DNA of 64,000 nucleotides from a virus. Taxonomy: Duplodnaviria > Caudoviricetes. The translations under genes were made by a program, and so were the position numbers. Each line of letters opens with the position of its first letter. The first letter of the stretch is position 1. The stretch lies in the IMG/VR virus record IMGVR_UViG_3300032241_001154, positions 192 to 64,191 of that record; one strand, 5' to 3'. The notes under the pieces are model-generated. The model was not told the origin of the DNA, searched no databases, and saw only the letters and a program-made list of their open reading frames with translations. This document shows positions 29,101-37,090 of this stretch, one piece after another.

Positions 29101-29390
29101 GAGTTCGAGATGGTGAAATAGATGGACGTGCCATCGTTGGGGTTGCCTACACCGGAGACATTGGAACTGCGATTGCCGACGTTTGGCTGTTGAAGGGTCG
29201 TGCTGGTGGTGAAAAACTGGTACAAGTCTTGCGCTTGACCGTAGTAGGTGTTGCCAGAAAGGTCGGGATACGTCGCTACCGAGAAGTACGTTACGTCGTC
29301 TACGGCATCGGCGTGGTCGGCTGAGTTGACCACGTTCCAGTTACCCTGCGAAGCAACCGTAGATGTAGGGCGTAACGTGAGAACTTTCAT
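20112..29390 (-). CDS. giant virion/tail protein (3092 aa) built of repeated beta modules
   Basis: Uninterrupted 9.3-kb ORF after the tape measure; more than 10 copies of [LI]xxGxxVxGxG[IL]PxxTx[IV]xS[IV]. Confidence 0.75.
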   Translation of the reverse strand: MKVLTLRPTSTVASQGNWNVVNSADHADAVDDVTYFSVATYPDLSGNTYYGQAQDLYQFFTTSTTLQQPNVGNRSSNVSGVGNPNDGTSIYFTISNSVFNGSTATFTYTNPVGQTIDQYAYVNITFPSTPTSYTAYNLTNALVASASSGTTNTFTVNSTLSATTISVTATAAQPYALTGGDFFLYVNDITRFRSGQIVAILEGLQEGQTPYSPNATSTDAYYSEWLDFTATGLIPNVPYKQSVDPIDFPTSSLMIPQGYQNISTVMSPNVQFYKPPANKYMGQFLSAAQSTAYVLGQAPTPYAVGTGSASPWYVATSGDNQALSNLASILPDATAQYYQSGTTPPTVLSISIGYFSTAINVSSTANLAVGQTITVATKPQTTLTPASMGWNAGKIISISNGWIVTDLRTQTQRQTVIAGSGNTTPLTLNPSTFVMQLPNAGFSGVVTNGNTVIQGVSATQGIQAGMVIVDSTNPSNISSTTYVASVNTTSGQITMSNAAAGTSSEPDSVSYSASLGGGNYIATTNTTLGLNQAVGNTPSGFTNALVTTFFSGTGCIVNQISATLLSGATFSNSATYSVASNPQIAIVTALNDGGTVASLPYLNPPPTGWTHLTGTGLTSPAYIIGADPTGYGSSLQRIQVNQNPSSYTASASWTSTVNFNITCSVAYTALQTATITVNTVTIGSTAYTVNSSGTFTVGATAYNISNLIKVNAPVIAGTVVPAGRNVSAVVSNTLQLSVGSTTTTGTSAANSTITITVSTGRTIEVTKAGTSQDNILVSGATVSCTYLPAGTTFSSSTQLNSGPYEMLISQPSNTINSWSTTSAIVSGGFIGTIYSNTLTGVSASSPLASGDSILVYSGATLLGNTSIASVSGSTATLSAALTSGGYQTFGTSVTGSASFDVDELYAVGSALAFNNGGATASWSSNATTISLSSTAGVYTGMEVQGSGVPFGAQVSNISGTTVALGYPSLVTGDNYNQAGGTVGNWQAGTNSTLSVALGTGFNTSNSLLLTRINTTVGYGDAYLPMSSITNFKVQPNQTYVVGIDILANSTAYGKVYQLDVRDQNNSRLNTLQMTMNTSAGVWQFFEMSFTPPVGTTTLGIFISDDPQSSPVSGAAVNINNIFLVLAATTSNTQISNGYAPAITTGTGTSGSTPLSITSAQYNFATANGYQSSYTTDGFLVTGSNSYYTGDQADGSFLSGMAIQGNGLPAGTVVSQAFLQDEFVSGKPITINATTGSTAYTLNVSSVVTSNGFTSTVLQNLCVGQVVSGTGISPNSVITGVDTVNKYITLSQAPDPSVSSFVLTTQLFTAQTFALTATYTVSGSTYYFTPSSNQLAGFMLGMIVTSTYWGSTAIIINISGGNIYLSNDINDGNGNSSSFQVSVTNGFVSLSNASAINTTQPDTYTVSYNIPQANTGIFGATIDSTTTRLNTDSGNKFDETFFTAPYLSIDPFNNPNHGQFLIMPVNPSSIKSNPVANALTVASHSPNASTTVEGVGVYANVTQSVVFQGTYNPSGVAISVGSQSGAFPSSPTGWTLWGPRSTTAGSHGAFFPYTVDQIVALGTTFTASATSTSSTTLTSVTNISSLCVGAIVVAAGIPANTFISSINVSASTLTLSANPTSTFSGETISIPATTLHVTTNLPTPANSPAQMVFSAPVQVGDINGLSAGQYISGDIIPYSSTYGGLSGGRGVSGPFVYGINQAAQTTAYLGDVAYGTSTILNISSTANTAAGLSGTNGLLVGQQVSYTGFPTGTVIISVDSATQVTVSNTATATVLQDTIDFEYYNITLCEWVNPGSVTGGTPYTGYSGMYPISGTQSNSLVVAGTLAAGVSNVPASQSGGNTYTLYFDTVANLEPSPSYSWTGNANGGYSGITGVSASATPYINVGDAVAIPSQSQQSFSYSTTQLGYNICFVSAIVAAGSNYNVYLIDNQSNPVVLPIGVNGATFTNYTPNYVFYQSRLVVLEVDSYSNSAIVWAVDSENFLAGAFTSYPNGDSQTAILPVENTVTIYSAYTSPALDATGIGNAGVVMMSNNTSFNHAAGTLVGSYDVGDRYFGTDTVGDQEVLTPTTIGSLFGTTAYATATTNQNYIVVSPLNNTSTLINGVYYDQYGNIASQGISPTTGTTITNVSTVAGNYYMTLPSIASPNISVGWSVRGNGIPTGTVVTFIDGGSIYLSNPISVSATSASYIFTPQVWGVMVVGEGDTQETVVFNGTYNFMSGSATGNTISPISIVLAAGQKFQHNHFAGEPVVVPNIYTLDGFQNQHAAGAMISAGAENPITSQGQQNLLADNTSGAQANSFDTTISLSPNWLTSGDNDNPSLATTLAAPASVSATTLTISSNDLFPTSGYNNVINNGIFSPPEIGRVAGLISSGTNIVPFLPNGSSVPTSSLFFVQIGYDVVQVVNVAVDATGTISPTTYYLNLSATTSANYVDGTPITLKMLDTTTTYNSLTVPHSYLNRSFSGSASVGSNVISSIYASSATQPVSAVSSGVSYTTTAGATTFNLASSAGQPYVGMSVYGDTVIQPNTIVTAVSGSSGAWVVSLSKPLTGAIASTSTVWFAYAVSGTNIPPLAYINSASGTFTSGSGSVTLVYASGQPAYPTVTSTPQVTLNTDASLYASGQYVSTLYISPAPCYLPSGSTMYLKYGLYTQIITTAAAINAGDTSVSVSPFIPVFNYTAASVTSGAITNFLNGTNVAASISYGLINELSTDQTIVLGSGTTPQELVVTQPEPFFADTISVQPFIPLYNYDNTMIASGLFTVTTTVANNVINLATYTFNGYLTTGSNVISSVSSIAGLYTGEGLSGTGIPLNSYIVSMTASASGTFITMSQNASATTANGTINAAPQVGQRLVGTSVTGMFTANITSASATMTGLSTTANLVVGTQVSGAGLPYDAVIVSISGSSATLNLNASASATGVTVSFTTTPFPNPVFVSSVSGSAVTLTSPAAATFSGTSLQVNPTTLTAPIELVVGNDTLSEIVYPYTIPVRQANGTYQMQIASPLNNPYDAGIDVSYYAQPTAVAGDVRWKPDTQTIQKYDGTKWSDAEVSSVQVSVALQGSEMGGDKHSFALTDLTTGDVAPADTYQNAVNPASSS

Positions 29391-29423
29391 GGGCTGACCC
29401 CCACTTTACTACTGTTCCAGCGT

Positions 29424-32400
29424 TTAGCGTCCTTGCGCTCGGACTGCGTATTTCAGTTGCTTGAACTGTTCGTTGACGTGATTCTTCACGTCCGCCATGC
29501 TCGCACTGTCGAGCGAACCCTGCACGTTGACCTGAAAGGCGCCTGGATGGACGTTGACGGTGGTGCTGGGGGCGTTGGTGGTCTTGGTGCCATTGAGGGC
29601 TTTCCCAGCCGCTACAGAGGCGCTGAGGATGTGTACGTTCATTGCGCCGTTTGTTGTGGTCGTCTGCTTTCCAGCAGGGGATGAAGAACCGCCAGTGTAC
29701 TTCAGGTAGCCAAACTTCGCTCCGCCACCCATACCGAGCCAGCCGAGCACATTTCCAATCGTGGCGTTGTACGCCTTGATAATCATGTTGGCGACATAAA
29801 CGAATCCGTTGTACAAGCCATCCCAGATGGTCGCACCGACCCTCATGACCCAATCAAATGCGTCTTTGAGCCAGCCCCAGACCTTTTTACCAGCGCCGAG
29901 GATACTGTCCCACACCGAGACTGCTGCGCCTTCTACGTCGTCCCACGCACTGACAAACCAGCCCATTACGGTCTTGCCAGCGGACATGATTCCACCCCAA
30001 GCGTCCTCAATCCAACCCATTACGACCTTGGCTGCGTCCTCAATGCCGTGCCAAGCGTCTACGGCCCAACGCTTGATGTCCTTCCAATACTTGATGATGA
30101 GGAAAATCGCAGCGCCGATAGCGACTGCTATTGCGATAAAGGGAAGGAGCGGAGCCATTGCAGTCCAAATCGCCACGCCCATTGAAACGATTGCTGGAAT
30201 AACTGTTGTAAAGATGGCAGTCGCAGCAGTAGTAGCAAAATCAACCATGCCAGCAATCATTGCAGCAAACATGCCAGCGCTTTCGACTTCGGTTGCCCCA
30301 AGAGCCACGTCAACTTCGCCCAGAGACGTGTCCATTGCGGCGGCGATTTCAGTGCCTGAAGCACTGGCGGATGCCACAAGTTGTCCGAACGTAGTATCGC
30401 CACTGACCGCTACTTCCTTCAGAGCCGCCGACATCTCAGTGGATGCGGTTTGCATTTCACCAACCATTGTGGCGGCTGACGAGCCGGTAGCAGCGTCGGT
30501 TTCGGTTCCGGCAGCGACAGCATCGAGGACTTCTGAACCAAACATCTTCTTGACAATCGCACTAAGGCCACCGAACATGTTGCCAAGTCCGTGAACGAGC
30601 GGAGCCATCGAGCCAAGTTCACCACTCAACTGCATGGCACCCGTCAACATGCCGTTCCAGTCAACCTTCTTGCCGTTGAACAGGTCTGAGATTCCCTTGC
30701 CGAACTGCGACAACTGACCCATTCCACCACCGAGGGCGAACGACGTAGCGGCACCGAACGCACCAGTCGCTGCCATGCCAACGCCGGACGCTAACTGACG
30801 ACCACCGCCCGTTCCACCAAACCGCCCACTGAGGCGACTACGGAAAGATGACTTACTGATTTCACTGCCCATAACCTTGGTGGCTTCTTTGGCAAACAAT
30901 CCGCCTTGTTCCTTGGTCAAATCGGGGTCGAACAGTTGCCCCTGTTGCATGGGGGTTAGCGCCTTTTCATTCAGCGCCGTTCCACTTTCGTTGAGCAAGG
31001 AAAGTTGCTTTTCGCTATTGCTGAGCGTGGTGAGTTGTTCACCAACGCCAGAAAGACTGCCGGACAAAACCTTTCCACTGTTTTCTAGACTTTGCTTCAA
31101 CTCACCGAGTGCGCCGGTGTTACCCTTTAGCGCAGTGACGTTTTCTTCTTCTTCCCCTTCTTCACCGCCCGTAGGTAACTGCGCCTGCTTCATGAAGTCT
31201 TGGACGTTGAGGTTTGAGCCGAGCAGGTAGTTTTTTATCCCTCGTGCTTGCTTCAGTTGCGTTTTCCGAGCCTCATACGCAACATCGCTTTCACCAGCCC
31301 TTTGTCGAGCGGCAAAGTACTTACCGAACAGTGGCATTGTCTGCAAGCGAGCGTTCTTGTAGACCTCTTCGGCTTCGGGGCCTTGAACGTCGAGCATGCG
31401 CTGAAGTCGGGTAGCGGAGCGTGGGTTGATTTGCTTGGTCAACACCATCATGTTCAACTGGCGTTGCTTGATGTCCTTTTCAGCACCCGCCATGCCCTTG
31501 CGCCAACCCATCGCCATACCGGAGAATGCGCTGTTGCCTTCTTGCGAAATACCGGCAAAGGCACCCTTGAAAGCCGACTTCATGCGGATGGTTGACTTCA
31601 GGATTCCGCCGACCATTTTTTCACTGAGTTGCACCAGCGCCATCATTGGGGTTTGAAACAGACGCTTAGAGAACCAAACGGCTGCTAAAATGAGAAGCGC
31701 ACCGCCGACCAACTCAAACAACGGCTTGAACTTGGTGATGACCTTGATAAAGTCGTCGAAGCCCGTGACGAGCATGTTGATGCCCTTAGCCGAAATCTTC
31801 GCCATGATGGTAACGATTTCAGCGAAATACGGGATAAGGGGCATAACCGCTTGAAGAATCTGGGCAAATGCCGTTACCATGGTCGGGAGAACCGGCAAGA
31901 TGGCACTCAGCACCTGAAGGAAGGCATTGAGCAACTGTGTGAGTTGTCCGCTTTGCTCCAACTTCTTGAAGATGCCTGCTAGTTCATTCAGCGCAGGTAA
32001 AATGGCACCGGCTACGGCGGCACCCAACTTGATAAAAAGACCGACAAAGATGGCAATCTCTTTGCTGCTGAACACCTGCGCCAGCACCTGACCAATCGCT
32101 GAGAAGAATCCGATGATTGGCTTCAGAACCGCCAGCAACGCAGGAAGAAAACCTGAGGTGAAAATCTTTATCATCGGCATGAAACTCTGAACCATTGTTC
32201 CCAGTGCATTACCGATGGTGGATGACACCATGGTCATTGACTGAGCGATGGCGTTGAACAATGGCATTGCTGCTTGAAGGGCCGCACCAAGCATTTCAGC
32301 CATGTTGTCAATGACAGGCATCAGTCCTCGACCCAACGTCTGGGCAAGGTTGTTGAAGTCGTTTTGCAAACGCTGGACTGGTGTAATGGCAGCCGCTGCC

Positions 32401-33161
32401 GTGCCACCCAACTGTGAGTTGATGTCCTTGATGGTCAACTGCTGAGCGGCGAGTAGGCCGTTCTGCTTCTCCGTCAACTTGATTTGCGCCTGCATAGGCT
32501 GTGAGAGGTGGAATCCCATGCGAGACATGGAACTCATTGCCTTGGCAGGGTCGGCAAGCACCCGTCCCAGCGCCTTAGCACCCGTGACGATGTTTCCACT
32601 CGTACCCATCTGTGCTGAAAGGTTTGCAGCCGCCATCAGGGACTGGTTGAGGTAGTCGCCGTTCTTCTTCGTTTCAGCGTTCTGCGACTTGTACAGGTTC
32701 GTCAAGTCGGTGTTAGGAATCAGAAGGTTCTGAGCCTGAATAATGCTGTTTTTGGCGATACCCGTTTGGAACGACATCTGCGTCGCCTGGCCGTCAAGCA
32801 ACGCCGAGTACTGTTGACCGGCCTTGTTGATGGCGTTCTGTGTACCAAGAACCGTGGAGAGGCCACCGACGAACGAAGCATTTGACGCACCTTGGTTTTT
32901 CACCAAGACGGCCTGTTGCGCTTGCAACGAAGCCTGTTGCGAAGCGAGGTCTACACCCTTGCTGAGTAGAGCGTATGCGCCACCGAATGCAATAGCGGAG
33001 CCAATGATTCCACCAACATTGGAAAAGAGGCTCGTCATGTGCCCAGCGACGCTGGATGCCTTAGCCGATACAGCGTCTAAGGAATCCTGTAGGTTGGTTG
33101 GGTCACCAATAATCTGTACCCGAAGTTGGGCAGCAGATTCAATCCCACCTGACATAGACAT
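29424..33161 (-). CDS. tape measure protein
   Basis: 1245 aa, helical Ala/Gly/Leu-rich, ALGRVLADP motif, periodic Trp repeats; follows the chaperone gene. Confidence 0.9.
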   Translation of the reverse strand: MSMSGGIESAAQLRVQIIGDPTNLQDSLDAVSAKASSVAGHMTSLFSNVGGIIGSAIAFGGAYALLSKGVDLASQQASLQAQQAVLVKNQGASNASFVGGLSTVLGTQNAINKAGQQYSALLDGQATQMSFQTGIAKNSIIQAQNLLIPNTDLTNLYKSQNAETKKNGDYLNQSLMAAANLSAQMGTSGNIVTGAKALGRVLADPAKAMSSMSRMGFHLSQPMQAQIKLTEKQNGLLAAQQLTIKDINSQLGGTAAAAITPVQRLQNDFNNLAQTLGRGLMPVIDNMAEMLGAALQAAMPLFNAIAQSMTMVSSTIGNALGTMVQSFMPMIKIFTSGFLPALLAVLKPIIGFFSAIGQVLAQVFSSKEIAIFVGLFIKLGAAVAGAILPALNELAGIFKKLEQSGQLTQLLNAFLQVLSAILPVLPTMVTAFAQILQAVMPLIPYFAEIVTIMAKISAKGINMLVTGFDDFIKVITKFKPLFELVGGALLILAAVWFSKRLFQTPMMALVQLSEKMVGGILKSTIRMKSAFKGAFAGISQEGNSAFSGMAMGWRKGMAGAEKDIKQRQLNMMVLTKQINPRSATRLQRMLDVQGPEAEEVYKNARLQTMPLFGKYFAARQRAGESDVAYEARKTQLKQARGIKNYLLGSNLNVQDFMKQAQLPTGGEEGEEEENVTALKGNTGALGELKQSLENSGKVLSGSLSGVGEQLTTLSNSEKQLSLLNESGTALNEKALTPMQQGQLFDPDLTKEQGGLFAKEATKVMGSEISKSSFRSRLSGRFGGTGGGRQLASGVGMAATGAFGAATSFALGGGMGQLSQFGKGISDLFNGKKVDWNGMLTGAMQLSGELGSMAPLVHGLGNMFGGLSAIVKKMFGSEVLDAVAAGTETDAATGSSAATMVGEMQTASTEMSAALKEVAVSGDTTFGQLVASASASGTEIAAAMDTSLGEVDVALGATEVESAGMFAAMIAGMVDFATTAATAIFTTVIPAIVSMGVAIWTAMAPLLPFIAIAVAIGAAIFLIIKYWKDIKRWAVDAWHGIEDAAKVVMGWIEDAWGGIMSAGKTVMGWFVSAWDDVEGAAVSVWDSILGAGKKVWGWLKDAFDWVMRVGATIWDGLYNGFVYVANMIIKAYNATIGNVLGWLGMGGGAKFGYLKYTGGSSSPAGKQTTTTNGAMNVHILSASVAAGKALNGTKTTNAPSTTVNVHPGAFQVNVQGSLDSASMADVKNHVNEQFKQLKYAVRAQGR

Positions 33162-33200
33162 AACGGCACGCTCCTAGAGCAAAGTCTATTTCACCTTTGG

Positions 33201-33404
33201 CTAATAACCGTTTTTGGCTCGTGCCATCTCTTGTTCTTGGTCAAAGGCACGAAGTTTGTAGAAGGCTAACCATTCCACCAACTCAGGGGATGAGAGCGGA
33301 CGGTGAGATGGCGAACCCTCTAGGAGTTCCTCAACCGTCCGCCCCAACGTTTCCGCTAGGACAAAGAGGAATCGTCGCTCTGGGTTGGCGAGAAGTCTTT
33401 TCCC
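33201..33404 (-). CDS. -1 frameshift extension of the chaperone (gpGT-like)
   Basis: Slippery G GGA AAA at 33404-33398; -1 frame reads RLLANPERRFLFVLAETLGRTVEELL...ELVEWLAFY to TAG at 33201. Confidence 0.8.
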   Translation of the reverse strand, partial: GKRLLANPERRFLFVLAETLGRTVEELLEGSPSHRPLSSPELVEWLAFYKLRAFDQEQEMARAKNGY

Positions 33405-33745
33405 GATTCGTCCACCGCATCAGCACCCATGCCCGAAAGACGCAACGCAACGGTAGCAATACCTTCGATGGCGGCTGCCGACTTCGCCATTAGAGCCTCA
33501 CGGTCTTGCGGCTGGAACACACGCTCGCCCGAAATGGGGTCAAAGGTGCAGTGAATCACCAAGTCGGGAAGCACGTCCTCTAGGGCAAAGATGCCGTCGT
33601 TCTCGTTCTGCGCCTTGCCAATCATCCGTGCACGGTCTTTGGCAGTCATTGCCTTGACCAGAACCTCAACGCCCCACTGAGGGACGGTGAGCAGTTCCGA
33701 CTGGATGTCATCGGCAGCGAAAATCTTTTCACTAAGGGTTGACAT
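33356..33745 (-). CDS. tail assembly chaperone (gpG-like)
   Basis: VPQWGVEVLVKAMTAKDR motif; located between tail tube and tape measure. Confidence 0.85.
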   Translation of the reverse strand: MSTLSEKIFAADDIQSELLTVPQWGVEVLVKAMTAKDRARMIGKAQNENDGIFALEDVLPDLVIHCTFDPISGERVFQPQDREALMAKSAAAIEGIATVALRLSGMGADAVDESGKDFSPTQSDDSSLS

Positions 33746-33800
33746 TATTCTCCTGTTCGTCGTGGGCAAAACCCACCTACAGGATAGCCTACTCTATGGA

Positions 33801-34562
33801 TTAGATGAGCGAGCGTGAAACTACGCCAGTGACCTGCATTTCAGCATCAAAGGTCACAACGCCCGACACCGTTGACTTCAGGTCGTACTTCGTCAAGATG
33901 CCCTGACCGTAGTATTTCACCGAAGCCGAACCACCGGCAAAGGCGCCTGGGTCGGTGGGGCCGTAGACGAAGGAGATGAACTGACCAGCGTTGTTCTGGT
34001 AGTTCAGAGCCGACTGCATTGCAGCGTCAAGACCAGTCAGACCGAAGATGGTCGAAGCCGAATCGTAGTGACCGGAGAAGGTGACCGTGTAGTCCTTCAG
34101 ACCAACGATGAACGACTTGACACCAGCGGCGTTGAACGAGGTCGTCTCTTCCGCAGCGATAGCCGTCGGGAAGTCCACGTCGTTGATGTATGGTGAAATG
34201 TTCCACATGGGAAGCAAGTAACCAGTACCCGAAGTCGCACCGGCGGCAATCGCCGTGGTCGAGGTGATGCTCGTGCTCGACGTAGTGGGCTGGGTAGCCG
34301 TAAGCAGCGGAACGGTCAACGAAGGCAGAGGTGAAAGGCTCTGGCTGTTGGCGGCGTTGGCAAAGAAACCGTAATACGACGTACCCGACGAGTTGGTGTA
34401 CAGAACGTTGTCCGAGGCAAGGAGCGAACCAGTCGTAACCAACGTACCAGCAGTACCCGTGAACGTCGTGGTGTTCATGGACGTGTAGGTGTTGATGGGC
34501 GAAGTTGCGTTCTCGAATCCGAGGGCAAGAAAGGCATTCTTACCGTGCTGGAAAGTTGGCAT
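33801..34562 (-). CDS. major tail tube protein paralogue 2
   Basis: MPTFQHGKN...ETTSF..GVKSFIVGLKD...KYDLKS.V.GVVTF. Confidence 0.8.
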   Translation of the reverse strand: MPTFQHGKNAFLALGFENATSPINTYTSMNTTTFTGTAGTLVTTGSLLASDNVLYTNSSGTSYYGFFANAANSQSLSPLPSLTVPLLTATQPTTSSTSITSTTAIAAGATSGTGYLLPMWNISPYINDVDFPTAIAAEETTSFNAAGVKSFIVGLKDYTVTFSGHYDSASTIFGLTGLDAAMQSALNYQNNAGQFISFVYGPTDPGAFAGGSASVKYYGQGILTKYDLKSTVSGVVTFDAEMQVTGVVSRSLI

Positions 34563-34572
34563 TGGTTACTCC

Positions 34573-35589
34573 TTAGTAACGGGCGAACCCGTAATAGACC
34601 ACCGCTGAGGGGCTTGTGCCGCCCAGCGTTACTGCGAGCCGTGTGTACGAATAAATCGTACCAGTCAAAATCTGAATGCTTGAACCTAGCGAGGTCAAGG
34701 CGACACCCTCAGGGCCACCAGTGGCAGGAACCCAAGAACTACCCGTTTGTGAGTGCTGCAACTGCACTGAAATCGTTGGCGACGTGCCGCTTAGGGACAA
34801 AACGCCAAGGTGCAACTGACCGCCGTTTGAGGAACCCGTTCCAGCCGAGGTGAGTGAGGCAGCCGTGTAGAACGTGCCTGCACCCGTCAGCACTGTCGCA
34901 GGAAGGTACTGGCCCACGCCGTTCCACACACCGCCGTCGGCTGTGGCTTCCATGTCAATGGCGACAACGCCAGCGACAGGCGACTTGATGTCGTACTTGG
35001 TTTCCACCACCTGAGCCAAGTGGCATCGGAAGTCAGGGCCGCCGGTGGCGGTAGCCGTTCCACCATCAGGGAAAACAAGGAATCCGTCGTCATTGTTGCC
35101 TTGGAAGGCGGCACCAAAGGCGTTCTCAACACCGCCGAGCGACTGCTCGAACATGCCCGACATGCTTATAGAGCCTTCACGAAGGCCCTGAATGAAGGAC
35201 TTGACACCGCCGGTTTGGAACGCAGTCGTCTCCGTGGCTTCGATGCCTCGTGAGATTGATACGTCGTTGAAGTACTGGGAGAAGTCTGCACCGTAGCCAG
35301 CAGGAGCGGTGACGGCAATGGTAGTCGGGACGGTGGCGGCGCTTGTGGTCGTACCGCTGATGGTGATGGTCTGGCTCGTGAGCGAGTTTGAGACTGCCGT
35401 GATGGTGCTTGAAGGCAGGCCAGCAGCCGTGGCAGCCACGGTCATGCCGACGTAGAGGGGGACGTTCGCCACCTCGTTGATGGTGATAGTGCTCGATGAC
35501 GTTGCCCAGATGCCATTGACGGTGGCAGAGGTGAACGTGGGGTTCGAGAAGAGTACTCGTGTGTTCTTACCAATCATGAAAGTGGGCAT
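34573..35589 (-). CDS. major tail tube protein paralogue 1 with extra domains
   Basis: MPTFMIGKN...ETTAF..GVKSFIQGLRE...KYDIKSPVAGVV. Confidence 0.8.
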   Translation of the reverse strand: MPTFMIGKNTRVLFSNPTFTSATVNGIWATSSSTITINEVANVPLYVGMTVAATAAGLPSSTITAVSNSLTSQTITISGTTTSAATVPTTIAVTAPAGYGADFSQYFNDVSISRGIEATETTAFQTGGVKSFIQGLREGSISMSGMFEQSLGGVENAFGAAFQGNNDDGFLVFPDGGTATATGGPDFRCHLAQVVETKYDIKSPVAGVVAIDMEATADGGVWNGVGQYLPATVLTGAGTFYTAASLTSAGTGSSNGGQLHLGVLSLSGTSPTISVQLQHSQTGSSWVPATGGPEGVALTSLGSSIQILTGTIYSYTRLAVTLGGTSPSAVVYYGFARY

Positions 35590-35831
35590 TAGTTGCTCTC
35601 TTCAGTCGTGTTTTCGGCAGGTACCGAGGTATCGGCAGCAGGCTCAGGAGCCGTCACAGGGGCTTCTGGCGTGTCCGCTGATGCACTTGCGGCGACAATC
35701 CATCCATCGGCAAGCAACCAAGCGATGTCCTCGCCTGGGAAATCGGAGATGATGGAACCAACCGTGGCAACCTTGCCGTTGTAAGCAATGTCGGCGTTGG
35801 TGACTTGATACGACTGGGTAGCCTTAGCCAT
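35589..35831 (-). CDS. small virion-associated hypothetical protein
   Basis: YQVT...G.I..D.P...I.WLL..G.I pattern with acidic tail. Confidence 0.6.
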   Translation of the reverse strand: MAKATQSYQVTNADIAYNGKVATVGSIISDFPGEDIAWLLADGWIVAASASADTPEAPVTAPEPAADTSVPAENTTEESN

Positions 35832-35884
35832 GAGTGCCTTTCGGGACGTTCCTAGGGAAAATCGTACCACTCGTATTGGAAATG

Positions 35885-36166
35885 TCAGGCTGCTTCAGTC
35901 GCCTTCCGTCGCTTCTTGGCGTGGGGCTTGCTGACCCTGTTGGGATAGAAGGCTCGCATGGTGACGTGTCCATAGACACCGCCGTGGACGATGATGCTGA
36001 TGGCCTCACCGTCAATGACGTGGGCCGAGATGAACTTGAAGTCCCCTCGTTCACCACTGATGACAATGGGGTCGTCCTTCACAAACCCGTTCCATTCCTC
36101 GACGGCGACCCACTTGTGGGCGATGGTCGTTGGGGCTGATGCTGATGTGATGGTTCTCTTAGCCAT
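35885..36166 (-). CDS. hypothetical protein (SH3-like beta core)
   Basis: 93 aa; ISGERGDFKF...RAFYPNRV. Confidence 0.6.
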   Translation of the reverse strand: MAKRTITSASAPTTIAHKWVAVEEWNGFVKDDPIVISGERGDFKFISAHVIDGEAISIIVHGGVYGHVTMRAFYPNRVSKPHAKKRRKATEAA

Positions 36167-36168
36167 AG

Positions 36169-36303
36169 TTAGAATCCCCCCAGCAGACGGACGAGGGCAG
36201 GTGGAGCAGGGGTGTTGCTGGTCTTGGGTCGGGCAACCTTTGCGGCTGGCTTTGCCGACTTCTTAGCGGCACCCTTGTTGTTCTTGGTCTTGTCGTTATT
36301 CAT
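36169..36303 (-). CDS. 44-aa Lys/Ala/Pro-rich basic peptide
   Basis: Manual translation MNNDKTKNNKGAAKKSAKPAAKVARPKTSNTPAPPALVRLLGGF; AGGAG RBS; own promoter. Confidence 0.6.
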   Translation of the reverse strand: MNNDKTKNNKGAAKKSAKPAAKVARPKTSNTPAPPALVRLLGGF

Positions 36304-36351
36304 AGTTGCTCCTATCAGTGGGAAAATCGCAGCGGCTAACTGCGTCTACTT

Positions 36352-36380
36352 ATTGTACAGTATGGCTGTGACAAAAGCAA
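36352..36380 (-). promoter_or_regulatory. promoter, TGTCAC-spacer class
   Basis: Minus strand TTGCTT-ttgtcacagccatactg-TACAAT. Confidence 0.6.
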
Positions 36381-36387
36381 GAATCTA

Positions 36388-36654
36388 TTATTCTTCTATC
36401 TGTTCACCACACTCGCACACTTTGTACGAACCCGACATCGTGGAAACCAACATAGCATCCTTGTGAGTGCAGCCGACTGGTACAACTTCCTGTACAACTT
36501 CCTGTACAGGTTCGGGTGATTCCAAAACAGGCTCGTCCTCAATCATGGTGAGCAACTGCTCGGCGGCACGGATGGCGTGCAGAGCCGCCTCGTTCGCCAG
36601 CCGTGCTGAACGCAAGGCAAGCATTATGGGGTTTGGCACATGCTCGCTAGACAT
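36388..36654 (-). CDS. hypothetical protein with C-terminal CxH...CxC
   Basis: 88-aa ORF in operon context. Confidence 0.55.
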   Translation of the reverse strand: MSSEHVPNPIMLALRSARLANEAALHAIRAAEQLLTMIEDEPVLESPEPVQEVVQEVVPVGCTHKDAMLVSTMSGSYKVCECGEQIEE

Positions 36655-37090
36655 TTGGAACTCCGTTCGTTGCGTTGGTCGTCATGATGAAGTTCATCGT
36701 GAACTTCGGACGGTTCACCTCATCGAATCCAAGATAGTTAGGAATGCCTTGCGTGGCAATACGGATGCAGTACGGGAAGTACACAGCGTCGGGAACGACG
36801 TATCCGGCAAAGGCGTTGCGGATGGCGATGGCCCATGCGTAGGTGTTCGGGTAGTCCTCAGGAAGGCCACGAAGGGCGATTTGGATGCGAGGGAACTCCA
36901 ACGCCGAGATGTTCGGCCCCATAGTGAAATCCGGCTCCTGACCCATGTACTCGTACACGGTAACGGTCTGGTTTGGCGCTTCGGCTGGGGTGCGACCAAG
37001 GAACAGGTTGACACCCAGCGTGAGGTTGCCGTATGAGGTGGAAAGGGTCTGGCTGCCAAGGAACCGTCCGATGTCGTCAAGTATTGCCAT
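36647..37090 (-). CDS. tail terminator / minor capsid-family protein
   Basis: LFLGRTP..P...V.VYEY.G..P, P.IQI..RG, YLGFDE.NRP.F..NF. Confidence 0.75.
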   Translation of the reverse strand: MAILDDIGRFLGSQTLSTSYGNLTLGVNLFLGRTPAEAPNQTVTVYEYMGQEPDFTMGPNISALEFPRIQIALRGLPEDYPNTYAWAIAIRNAFAGYVVPDAVYFPYCIRIATQGIPNYLGFDEVNRPKFTMNFIMTTNATNGVPNV

